The notes under the pieces were generated by a model. It was given only the letters and a program-made list of their open reading frames with translations, did no database searches and was not told the origin of the DNA. From Paraspadella gotoi (taxonomy: Eukaryota > Animalia > Chaetognatha), in assembly GCA_051294375.1 (NCBI GenBank), contig CM119270.1:835238-899237 (forward strand): DNA of 64,000 nucleotides, given 5' to 3'. The first letter of the stretch is position 1. The number at the start of each line of letters is the position of its first letter. Both the position numbers and the translations under genes were made by a program. Positions 14,601-26,708 of this stretch are shown piece by piece.

Positions 14601-15099
14601 TGAGAGAGACAGAAAAACAGAAAGAGAGAGAAAGAGAACAGAAAAGAGAAAAAGAGAGACAAAGAGACAGAAAGAAAGAGAAAGCTGGAGCCAGCTGAAC
14701 CAGTCACTGCAGAACCTGCAATCCGTTTTTAAGGGTTTCAGAAAAGCAGCACTGATATAGGAAAGAATCTATATAATCAAGATCTAGAAAGAAATAAAGA
14801 AAGGCAAAAAATGTGTACAATGTTTACAATTGGAACATTTTCCAATTTTCCAATCGCATGCTTTAAGATTAATTATATTTATTAAAATTAAGATATAGCT
14901 CTCATTAAAAAATCTTTGAGTTCCCATTTTTTAAAATTTAAACAAATTTTTTGAATTTATCTCAATATTATTACTGCAATATGTAAATTAGATTAAGCAT
15001 TTCATATACAATTTGGATATTATAAGGAGTACTTTAATTCTCATTTGCATATTGCAGTAAATCATAATGAAGTGAAAATTCAAACAGAAAATACTAAAA

Positions 15100-15380
15100 A
15101 TCCAAATGTAAGATGAAATATCACAGTATTTCAAGATGAAAAGCCATATCTAAATTTTAACTACTATGATTGCACACTTTTTGTAAAAACTCTTATCATA
15201 ATTTTATAATATTTTTATTTAAAAAAAACGGTAATTTCACAGCCAACCTATAAAAGCGTAGTAGTTTTTATAATACAAAAACAGCGTGACGGACGACGAC
15301 GACGACGACGACGACTACGTCACAAAGAAGCCAACTCCTAAAACATTATAGAGCTACCCGCCTTCGCCGGTCAAGGCTCG
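15100..15380. mobile_element. Possible Helentron-associated (HINE/DINE-like) non-autonomous element end
   Basis: GACGGACGACGACG microsatellite followed by AAAACATTATAGAG and a GC-rich segment (CCCGCCTTCGCCGG); repeated at ~42000-42310. Architectural resemblance only. Confidence 0.25.
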
Positions 15381-15639
15381 ATAATTAAACATATTTAATA
15401 ATAAGTTACTTGCCCTGACTTTGGACAGGCTTTGTGGTTAAGGCCTCCATCCTCTTCAAGATACATATATATATCATATTATATTTATATTATATTTATA
15501 ATTATATATATTATATTAAAATAGGGGGAAAGGAATAATTTTCGCGATGACGAAACTTTGTTTGACTTATTGAAGCCAAAACGAAATTAAAACGGTTTTT
15601 TCGGCGCGCGTTTACAATCTCTCTCTCTCTCTCTTCTTC

Positions 15640-15680
<41 letters not shown>

Positions 15681-15910
15681 NNNNNNNNNNNNNNNNNNNN
15701 NNNNNCTCCCCTAGGAGAGATGAGCGAGCAGTGAAACGGAAACGGAACGGAGGGGAATGGGAGGAAGAAACAAGAAAGGCGGAAAAAAAAAAGGGAGAAG
15801 GAAAGGAGGAAGGAGGGGAATGGGCAGAACGAAACGGTCAGCAAAGACGGACGCCGAGTCTTGATTAAGAAAGTAGGACATATTACTGATGAGGATGATC
15901 ATGAAGGGAA

Positions 15911-17165
15911 AGATTTAGATTCACGAGGAAGGAAAGATTTAAGATCTCAGAGAAGGAAAGATTTAAGATTCAGGGGAGTGAAGATTTAAGGATTCAGAGG
16001 AATGATTTAAGATTCCGGAGGAGGACAGATTTAAGATTCAGCAGGACGCCGACAGATTTAAGCATCAGCGGACGGAAGATTAGATCTCAGAGGAGGAAGA
16101 TTGTAAAGATTCAGACGGACGGAAGACTTAAGATTACCAGAGCGAGGAGCATCATAAGCATTCGAGGAGGAACGATTTCAAGACCTTCAGCCAGGAGGAA
16201 CAGATTTAAGATCAGAGGGAGGTAGATTTTTTAGTTCAGAGGAGGAAGATTTAAGATTCAGAGGAGGTAGAATTTAGATCTCAGAGAGGAAAAGATTTAC
16301 AGAATTCAGAATTGGAAGCATTTTAGATTCAGAGACGGAAGCATTCTTGATCTCAAGAGGAGCGAAGCATTTAAGAATTCCAGAGGAGAAAGATTTAGAT
16401 ACAGAGGCCAGTGAAGATTTAAGATTCAGACGGAGGACAGTTTAAGTTCGAGCGAGGAAGATTTAGACTTCAGAGACGAGGAAGATTTTAACATCCAGAG
16501 AGGAAGATTTACAGATTCAGCAGGAGGACAGACTATAAGATTCACGAGGAGGAAGACGTTTGAAAGAATTCGCAGGAGCGAGTAATAAGAATTCAGAGGA
16601 GGACGGATTTAAGCAGTTCGGAGGAGTAGTGATCGAACGAGGAAGAATTTTAGTTCAGGCGAGGCATCTAGATTCAGAAGAGGAGATTTAACGATTCAAA
16701 GGAGGAAGATTTAAGGATTCAGAGGAGGAAGATTAAGATTCAGGGGGGATTAAGATCGAGGAGAAGATTTGTGAGGAGGGTTGTTCAGGAGGAACGAGTT
16801 TTAATATTCAGATGGAAGTTTTGATCGGGGGAAGTTTTAAATTCAGAGGAGGAAGATTTAAGATACAGAGAAGGAAGATTAAGTCAAGAGCAGGCAAGAT
16901 TGTAAGCATTAGACATTAGGAAAAGATTTTAGATTCAGAGGAGGGAGATTTTGGCTCGAGAAGCGGATATTTGATTTCAGAAGGAGATTTAGATTCAGAG
17001 GAGGAAGACTTAGAATTCAGACGGAGGAAGATTATAAGATTTAGAGGAGGAAGATTTAAGATCCACGAGAGGAAGATCTTAAGAATTCAAGAGGAGAGAG
17101 AGATTGTAAGATTCAGAGGAGAAGATTTAGATTCCGAGGAGGAAGATTTAAAGATTGCAAGGAGG
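15911..17165 (+). repeat. 22-bp minisatellite array, second full copy
   Basis: Same unit and same 3' flank as 2930-4251. Confidence 0.95.
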
Positions 17166-17518
17166 TCTCTTCCTAATAACTCGATACCGCATCGCTAACG
17201 ACTCTCTCTATCACTTTCTACTTTCACCGTCTTTCTATCCTCTATCTCTCATCATCTTCACCCAGGTTCCCATTACTTCTGGCACTTCTCTCTATTCACT
17301 TCTCCCAATCGCTCTGTCTCTATCACTTCTCTCATCACCTCATCTCTATCATTTCCTCCTTATCCACTCTCCTTATAGTCCTCGACAAGATCATCACTGT
17401 CTTCTTCCTCCCTTCTGGCCAACCGCATTGCTGCGCCCAAGGCGAATCTGGCGACCATGCAACTGCTAATGAAGAAACTTCATAACTTTTCCACATCCGA
17501 AACTAGAGTTCGTTCGAG

Positions 17519-17561
<43 letters not shown>

Positions 17562-17813
17562 AGAGAGCAGAGAGAGCGAGAGAGAGCAGAGAGAGAAGCG
17601 AGTCTCGTCGTTGTTGCTCCGTCGTTGTCTTCGGTTCGTTGCTCATTATCTCGTCGTCATGTTAGAAGTTGTCTCGTTGGCTGTTTCTTGTCCGTATCTG
17701 CAGCCAGCATGCCATAGAGGGCCACTGATCGGCGACAAGTCACTCGGTCGAACCCCACGTCTCCCGATCACAATTTGGAGTTGAGGCGAGAGAGAGAGAC
17801 AGAGAGAGAGAGA

Positions 17814-17850
<37 letters not shown>

Positions 17851-18086
17851 GAGAGAGAGGAGAGAAGAGAGAGCAGAGAGTGAGAAGTGAAGCGTAAGAA
17901 GATAAGAGTGAAGAGAGAGTGAAAACAGTGAGGAGTGATAAAGTGTAGGAGGTGATAGAGGAGTGTTGAGCTCGAAGAGAGTCCTTCAATTGGTGTTCCA
18001 GATGGCCAAAGACTCACGCGGCTTTTCCGATTCACGTCGATGATCGTGGTTACCGAGATAACAAAGTAAGGGGCAAGGGAAACGGC

Positions 18087-18117
<31 letters not shown>

Positions 18118-18800
18118 GCGGCACGAACTGCGCTCCGTGGCGAATTACCAGTTATCCTTCTAATCGTTTTCGCACTTCAATTTGTTTCACATGACTTTAG
18201 CCTTCGTGCCCGCTTTATGTCTGCTCCCAATGTTCTCCTTCTTTATTCTCTCCTGTTCTCCTTCTGTCTCCCTGTGTCTTCTTTTCTATCCCCGTGTTCT
18301 CCTCTTTTTTTCTCTTGCGCCTGTTACTCAGTTAGCCCTCTGTTTGGGAATGCTCTCTGTTTGTTGCCTTTTTAATATCCTGTTCTCCGCCTTCTTTTAT
18401 TTCTCGCCTGTTTTTCCGTTTTTACTCTTCCTTTTTTTGCTCCCTTTTTCTCCTTTCTCACTTCTTCGCGCGCTCGCATTTTTTTAATATTTTCCCGCCT
18501 CCGATTTAAATCCCTTTTTGTATTTTTCTTTTTCTTTTTCATTTTCATTTCATTTTTTCTCTCTCCGCGGCCCCCCTACTGCCTGCCGCCCTTCCTGCTT
18601 CCCCTATTCGTCAATTAATTATATTTTTCCCCTCATAAAAACTTAACTGCCTTTTGTCTCATCTCACATATCGCGAACTGCAACTTACCCAACCCGACAC
18701 TTACCGCCTTTTCTCAACTTCCTCTCCCTTTTTTTCTTCTTTAAGTTAAACCGACGGATAGAAATAAATAATAAATAATGATAATAATAATGATAATAAC

Positions 18801-18852
<52 letters not shown>

Positions 18853-19738
18853 CATAATAATAATAGTAATTCCAATATGTGCGTCGTACCAATGGGGTTT
18901 TTATTTACTGCATCGAGGATTTGTCTTTTATTCGTTTATAAAATAAAAATATATATTATATTTTTTTTAAACAAAAATAGCATTTAGGCAGTGGGCTCAG
19001 ATTTCGATGTTCTTTTTTCATTTAAGGCAATAATACAAAAGAGCAAACAAATTTAAGCTACATTTTATGCCCAGCCTATGACTTACCCTCCGCGCTTTCA
19101 TCTTGCACAGACTAACCATTTTCTCATCATTCTTTGATGTACTTTACTTAGTCTGAATTTTTTGGCAAAAAGAGAACAAATAATCAAATGGAACTGTGGA
19201 TTACGACTTTTTGTTTAATGAATGTGTAGGAAAGAGTTATGGATGCAAAAAAGTGGAAGAGAAAGAGAGAGAGAGAAGAGAGAAAGAGAGAGAGAGAGAG
19301 AGGAGAAGAGAGAACGAGAGAGAGTAAGAGAAGGGACAGAGAGGGAAGAGGAAGGAGCGAAAGAGAGAGAGAGACAGAGAGATATAGGGAGAGAAGAGAG
19401 AGAGAGAGCAGACGAGAGAGGAGAGAGAGAGTAGAGGAGAAGGGAGAGATGAGAGATAGAGGAAGAAGCAGGACGAGAACGAGAGATAAGGAGAGAGAAG
19501 AGAGGACTGAGAGATGACCGAGAGAGAGGAGAGAGGAGAGAGAGAGAGAGGAGAGAGAGAGCGAGAGAGAGAGAGGGAGAGAGAGGGGGAAAAGCCAGAC
19601 GACAGAGATGTGATAAATGAGCCGGCGTTTAATAAGATCACGCTGAGAAAAGATGAAAGGAACGTCGAAAAGGACAGAGAAATTTTTCCGCGAATTTTCT
19701 ACCTTCAAGTTTTTGGGCACTCACCCCCCCGCCCCCCC
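17166..19738 (+). repeat. Composite repeat blocks B and C, next copy
   Basis: Colinear with 4252-7500 up to the C-run TCACCCCCCCGCCCCCCC, where an insertion begins. Confidence 0.9.
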
Positions 19739-22735
19739 CACTATGGAAGCCATAGTAAGGTGGACAGACGCAGAAATTTCATACGCCTCGCTACCCGACC
19801 TGTAATCACTGACCTATCGAAGCCATACGTACCAGTGGCACAGCAGAACAAGGTCATCTCACCAGGTCTCGCTACCACCTGTAACGCACTAACACGTATG
19901 AAGCCATAGTACAGGTGTGAACAGCAGAAACATTTCATACAGCCTCGCTGCGCGCCTGTAAACCACTACACTATGAAGCCATAGTAAGGGGTGGACAGCA
20001 GAAAATTTGCATACAGGCCTCCGCTCCCTGGCACGCTGTAAGCCACTACACTATGAAGCCATAGTAAGGTGGAACACGCAGAAAACTTTCATAGCAGCCT
20101 CGGCTACCACCTGTAACCACTACACTATGCAAGCACTAGTAGGTGGACAGCACGAACATTTCCATACAGCCTCGCTACCGCCACCTGTACCACTACACTA
20201 TGAAGCTAGTAAAGGTGGACAGGCAGAAAATTTATACCAGCCTCGCTACGCCGCACCTGTAAACCACTACAGCACTATGAAGCCAGTAGTAGGTCGCGAC
20301 AGCAGCAACGAATTTCATACAGGGCCTGCTACCCCTGAACCACTACACTATGAAGCCAAGTACAGGTGGACAGCAGAGAAATTTTCATACAGCCTCGCTA
20401 ACCCCCTGTAGACACTACAACTATGAAGCCATAGTAAGGTGGCGCAGAAAATCTTCAATACAGGCGCTCGCTTACCGCACCTTACCACTACAAAGCTATG
20501 AGCCACAGTAAAGGTGGACAGTGCAGAAATTTCATACAGCCTCGCTACCGCATGCACACTGTAACCACTACACTATGACAGCCATAGTAAGGTGGACAGC
20601 AGAAAATTTCATAAGCCTCGCTACCTGCACACCAGGTGTAACCACTACACTATGAAGCCATAGTAAGGTGGACAGCAGAACAATTTCATAGCAGCCTCGC
20701 TAACCGCCACGCTGTAACCCACTACACTATGAAGGCCATAGTAAGGGTGGACAGCAGAACAATTTCATACAGCCTCGCTACCCACCTGTAATGCCGACTA
20801 CACTATGAAGCCATAGTAAGGTGGACAAGCAAGAAATTTCAATACAGCTTCGCTACCCACATGTAACCACTACACTATGAAGGCCACTAGCTAAGGTGGG
20901 ATCAGCAGAAAATTATAGCAGCCTTCGCTACGCCACCGTAACCACTACCTCATGAAAGCCAGTAAGGTGGACAGGCAGAAACAATTTCATAATAGCAGGC
21001 CTCGCTAAGCCCACCTTAACGCAACTAACAACTATGAAGCATACGTAAAGGGTGGAGGGGCAGCAGGAAACATTTTTCATACAGGCCTCGCTACCAGCAC
21101 CTGTAACCACTAACACTATGGAACCAGCCATAGTAAGGTGGAAGCAGAAAGATTTCATACAGCCTCGCTACCACGCTGTACAACCCTACAACTTGAAGCC
21201 CGTAGTAAGGTGGACAGCAGAAATCTTCATACAGCCTCGCTACCCGCTGTAACCAACAACCTAGAAGCATAGTAAGGTTGGAGCAGCAGAAAATTTCATA
21301 ACAGCGCTCGCTACCCACCTGTACCACTAACACTATAAGCCATAGTAAGGTGGACAGCAGAAAACTTTCATAACAGCCTCGCTACCCACCTGTAACCCAG
21401 CTACCACTACTGAAGCCATAGTAAGGTGAGACAGCAGAAATTTCAATAGCAGCCCTCGCTACCCACCTGTAAGCCCTAACACTATCGAAGCATAGTAAGG
21501 TGGACAGCAGAAAATTTCATAACAGCCTCGCTAACCCAGCCTGTAACCACTGACACTATGAAGCTCATAGTAAGGTGGAAGCAGGAAAATTTCAATACAG
21601 CCTCGCTATACCGCAGCTGTAACGCACTAACATGAAGCCATAGTAAAGGCTGGAGCCAGCCAGAAAACTGTTCATACTAGCCTCGCTAACCCACCTGTAA
21701 CCACTACACTATGACAGCGCATACGTAAGGTGGACCACGCTCAGAAAATTTCATACAGCCTCGCTACCCCCTGTAACCAACTAACACTATTGAAGCCATA
21801 GTAAGGTGGACACCCGCAGAAAATTTGTCATACAGCCTCGCTACGCCACTCCCTGTAACCACACAGCTATGAAGCCATAGTAAAGGTGGAACAGCAGAAA
21901 TTTCATACAGCCTCCGCTACCCACTGTCCACTACACTATGACAGGCCATAGTAAGGTGGACACGGCAGAAAATTTCCATACAGCCCTCGCTACCCACCTG
22001 TATAACCACTGACAAACTATGACAGCCATAGTAAGGTGGACAGCAGAAAATTGTCATACAGCCCGCTACCCACCTGTAACCACTACACTATGAAGCCATA
22101 GTAAGGCTGGACACGACAGAAAAATATTTCATATAGGCCTCGCTACCCACCTGTACACTACACTAATAGAAGCCAATACAGTAAAGGTGGAACAGCAGAA
22201 AATTTGCATGACACGCTCGCTGACCCACTGTAACCACTACACTATGAAGCCATAGTAAAGGTGTGACAGCGAGATGAATTTCATACAGCTCGCTACGCCA
22301 CCTGTAACCACTACTAGCACTATGAAGCCCATAGTAAGGTGGACAGCAGAAACATTTCATACAGGCCTCGCTACCCACCTGTTTAACCACCTACACTATG
22401 AAGCATAGTAAGGTGGAACAGGGCAGAAAATTTCCATACCAGCCTCGCTAACCCACACTGTAAACCACCTACACTAATGAAGGCATAGTAAGGTGGGACA
22501 AGCGAGCATTAGAAAATTTCATACAGCCTCGGCTACCACCTGTAACCACTACACTAATGAAGCGCATAAGTAAGGTGGACAGCAGAAAATTTCATAGCAG
22601 TCCTCGCTACCCCACCTGTAACCACTAACTATGACAGCCATTAAGTAAGGTGGACAGCAGAAAATTCATACAGCCCCTCGCTAGCCCACCTGTAACCACT
22701 ACACTATGAACGCCATAGTAAGGTGGACAGCAGAA
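19739..22735 (+). repeat. 70-bp satellite array, about 40 units
   Basis: Consensus CACTATGAAGCCATAGTAAGGTGGACAGCAGAAAATTTCATACAGCCTCGCTACCCACCTGTAACCACTA, head-to-tail with no spacers. Confidence 0.97.
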
Positions 22736-23619
22736 TCCGGCGCTATTTCTAATGCATTAAGCTCCACCAACGCCACGCCACTCCAATAATTTGTTTTTGA
22801 TTTCTATCTATTAAGCAAAAAGCTTATCCTTGGAACTTGTTTGATTGGAAAAGTAATCTGGCAGTATACCCTTCATTTGACTTTGAAGTATCTTCAAATT
22901 CTATATGGTTTTAATGTTAGAAATGCATATCTACTTAATGATGTCATCTCTATAACATGTAAGTTTCTGATTTTTTTTATTCTTCTTTCTTAAAACACTA
23001 TAATACTACAATATGCAACATTAGAGTTATATACTACTCAAAGGTTTTTTTTAAATAATGCAAAATACAAGTCAGAGAAAAATTTTATTTACAAACGTTA
23101 AAAATTATTAAGAAAGGAACTACAGTTACAAAAAAATTAGACATGAGACTGAGAATAGGCAGGGATTTTTTAAATATAAACCGTTTTAACCTAAAAATTG
23201 AGTATAATGTACATTTCTCCTCGATCGTTGTTGTTGGTAAGTATTAGTTACAACGTTTTTTAACTTATTTTAAAAACAACGGTTAAATTAAACAAAAAAT
23301 AACGGATATGTTTTCGTCTCTGATGAAGGGAGCCCTTCTTCAGCGCGAAAAAATTGTTTTCTATAAATATTTTTTTGTCAGCAGAAATTTGGACAGAAGA
23401 GAGACAGAGACGAGGAAAGAGAAGAGAGGGACAGAGATAAAAGTTTTCAAACAAAGAATTTTATTTGCACTACCACATCTTTACTTATCTAGTCCTCTGA
23501 ATTAACTCTTATAATTTCACAAGGTTTCATTCATTTCAATTTTTCAAATTTCAAAAATGATTTAATTGCAAATTGACAGAGACAGTAATTATTGATTAGT
23601 GTTAATGCAGACCGTTCAA

Positions 23620-23817
23620 TATAAGAGCAGTCCCTGAGCTTAGGAAATCAGGCTGTAACACGCAATGTTAGCAGGCGGACTTTAAGCGCCCGCGTCTCTT
23701 AAAACTGCCAGAGACGACCACCGGGCTAGACCACCCCGGACCACTTTGGTTGGGAGGAGCGAATGACTTGCCTACGGCACCATGGCCGCGATGAACGGTT
23801 GGGAGGTGTTTTTAGTC
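23620..23817 (+). mobile_element. Fragment resembling the 3' UTR of an insect R1-clade non-LTR retrotransposon or a derived SINE
   Basis: GC-rich island with CTTAAAACTGCCAGAGACGACCACCGG and GGAGGTGTTTTTAGTC, motifs I recall from insect R1-type/SINE tails. Not database-verified. Confidence 0.4.
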
Positions 23818-24139
23818 CACTATACAATTTTGTTATTTAGACATACAAATGACAGTTTGTTTAATTTTATCATTGTTGTACATTGCTCAATATGTAATTG
23901 TTTTTAATTATCTCTCTCTCCTTCGTCGAATCGGTCTCTCTCTCTCTCCCTCTCTCTCTCTCACCTTTCACAAATTTCATTTATTTTCACCACTTATTCT
24001 TTCTAGCCTCCACATAAATCGTCACTTCTAAAGCTGACCAACTATCTCTCCAAATTCTTTGTGGAAACTGTTAACCTTATTCTATCCGTCTCTCTCTCTC
24101 TCTTCGCTCTCTCGTCTCTCTCTCTCTCTCGTGTACGAT

Positions 24140-24670
24140 CTCTTGGCGTGATCGTTTTTTAAAAAATTTTGATATATTTTTTCCTTTTCAAACTTTTATT
24201 ATCCATTTTTCCGCGATTTTTTTCTGTCTCTCCAATGCAAATCGCCAATTTACATCCGAAGATTTTCGTGGATTTATCACTTTCTTTCTCTCGTCTTTCA
24301 AGTCTCTCGTCTTCTTCCTCTTTCTCTCTCTCCGTTTCAACTCATCACAGCTGCATATTGGACTTGGTTTATGTATGATGATGAATTCATTGAGTCAATG
24401 AAATGACTATCATCTTATCAATAATGATTGTCTCAACATCAATGAGAATGAAGTCATCATTGCAGTCACTTTTGGTTATTAATCACACAATCATTTGGTC
24501 AATCATATCGATCATTATGGGTATCATCGCATCAAATTATTGGTTTTATCAATCGGCATAAATATTCGGTTATCATCGCAGTCGACTGCCTGTTTGGTTT
24601 ATCATCGCACCAATTATTTGGTGTTATCCAATTGAAGGGAGGCTCGATCCTATCTTTAAGATTTTTTTTC
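24140..24670 (-). repeat. Inverted partial copy of block D, including a ~22-bp ATTGATGCGATGATAACCAAAT minisatellite
   Basis: GGCTCGATCCTATCTTTAAGATTTTTTT and TTATCATCGCATCAA are reverse complements of ~39740-40300 and ~12800-13500. Confidence 0.75.
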
Positions 24671-25682
24671 TCTCTTTCTCTACTTCTCCGATCTCTCTTT
24701 CTCTCTCTGTGCTGCTCTTTCTTTCGTCGCTTATGATTACTTCCAAAATGAGTTTTAACTCTGGGCAGCCAGTGGCTTAAAGTTACGAATCTCTCTTCTC
24801 TCCTCTCCTCTCTCTCTCTCTTCTCTCTCTCGTTCTTCTTTTTTTTTTTTTTTTTCTCTCTAGCCGTCGTCTCTCTTTCTCTCTCTTCTCTCTCTCTTCT
24901 TCCTCCTCTCCCTCCTCTCTCTCTTTGTCCTCTCCTCTTCTCTTCTGATTAGTCAAAACGAGCATCGGCTGATAGTTACGCATCTCTATTCCTCCCCCTA
25001 TTCTGCTCTTTCTACTCCTCTTCTCTTTTCTCTCTCTCTCTCTTTCGTCGCCTTCCGCAACTTCTTAGTTAATTTATTATAAAAATAAAAATTTCGGATT
25101 TACATAAACTAAGTCTACTTGCAAGCTCAGATCTTTGCTTAAAAACGAAAACCGCAAAAACCGCTAACACGGGGGTTTATGTCTCAGAACACCCCCCAGC
25201 TATGAATGCCTTTTTGACAGTTAAGATTTCGATGATCCCTAAATTCCCGACACTTAAAGCTGAACTTAAGGAAAATTCTGGAGGCTCATTTCATCTAAAT
25301 CACCTTTGGGCCGAACTTAATGCCACTGTTATTTGCAACTTTCATTCTATCAAATTAATAAAAAATAATATGTCAACGAGAAACCTAGCGAAAGAGCTGT
25401 TGATTGATTATTACAAAATATAATAGTTTTTAATAAAAATTAGTTATTTCTGACGTGATATAAATGTTGTGGTAACTCAAACCAGCAATGCAAAAATTTC
25501 AATTTGCAAGATCGGCAAAAGACTGCATGAAAATACATAATTCCCGGTACCTAAAGACAAAAAAACGACATAACGTTTAATAGAAATGGCAAAGGAGTTT
25601 TAAAGAACAAAGATAGTTTGCCAAAAATCATAGAAATGTGCTAAAGTGATGCATGACTTTTCCACGGTGTGGATACACTGTG

Positions 25683-26160
25683 CCCGCCCCCGCCCCCCTA
25701 ATCGTTTGCCGTCATTCTCCCCCCCGCGCCTTTTCCGCCCCTTCCCGCCGCCTCCTTATCTCTCCCACAACTCCCTTCCTTCCTCCATATCTTCCCTCTC
25801 TCTCTCTACCTCTCTTATTCCTCTAATCTCTCTTCTCTCTCTTTATCTCTCTCTCTCTCTTTCTCTCTCTCGCTCTCTCTCATCTCTATATCTCTTCTCT
25901 CTGCTCGTCAACGCTTTTTCACTTTCTTGATTCTTGCAAAACAAGATTCTTTCCAGGAAGCCTGTTTCACATGTTGTCGATTAAAAAACAATTCACTAAA
26001 AACAATATTTTTTTTTCGATTGCTCACGTTTTAAAAACTATTTCACAACCAGAATCCGATAAAATTAAAAAAACAAAATAAAAAATAAATTAAGAAAAGA
26101 AAGTTTGACAATCGGTTTTTTAATGAGATGTGAACAGAGTTACTCGAGGTGGAATGAGAT

Positions 26161-26198
<38 letters not shown>

Positions 26199-26658
26199 CA
26201 GCATGATAGGAGTATCAGTAGTGCTGTGACACTCCGAGCGAGTCGAGGTGTATTTTATATAGAGCCGCTGATAAGGATCGATAAAATCAGCTAGAGCGAA
26301 TACAGGTAGACGCGATCGCGTATATATCACGTACTTATGGTTAAGCCACAAAAAATAGCATTAGCAGTGGCTCAGATTCGAGGGTTCTTTTCATTTAAGC
26401 AATAATTAACAACGAGCAAACAAATTTAAGCCTACTATTTCTATGCACAAGCCTATGATTACCCTCCGCTTTCATCTTGACACAACTACCATTTCTCATC
26501 GATTCTTCTGTGACGTACAATTTACTATAGTCTCGGAATTTTTGGCAGACAAGAGAACAATATAGTTCGAAAATGGAACTGTTGGGATTTGACGGACTTG
26601 TTTTTTAATGAAATGTAGGAAAGAAAGTCTAATGGCATGCAAAAAACGTCGAGAGAAG

Positions 26659-26708
<50 letters not shown>

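Larger units (their letters stand above)
9060..15680 (+). repeat. Composite repeat block D, copy 1
   Basis: Colinear with ~36410-42660, sharing TCTACGTCGAAGTAAATG, GATCGTCGCGCCGTCG, TAATGCGGTTAGGGATTAACG and CAGACCGAGGTCAAATTTAA. Confidence 0.9.
19739..25682. mobile_element. Putative non-autonomous Transib/RAG-like (or other CAC-terminal) DNA transposon, ~5.9 kb
   Basis: Absent from the homologous sites at ~7485-7510 and ~27120-27145. Starts CACTATG (19739) and ends CACTGTG (25676-25682). Imperfect terminal similarity (CAC..TG.A.CCA.A...GTGGA). Inserted in a G/C run. No transposase seen. Confidence 0.55.

Noticed and set aside
19739-22735. CRISPR array
   Set aside because: Units are contiguous with no unique spacers, variation is random indel noise, no cas genes are present, and the context is eukaryotic.
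19739-22735. Hammerhead or twister ribozyme satellite
   Set aside because: No CTGATGA...GAAA core on either strand. The UAA-stem-AAGC layout is superficially twister-like but lacks the two pseudoknot pairings. An Infernal search would settle it.
23318-23352. Hammerhead core (CTGATGA...GAAA)
   Set aside because: A simple hairpin (TGAAGGG/CCCTTCT) without correctly placed stems I and III.
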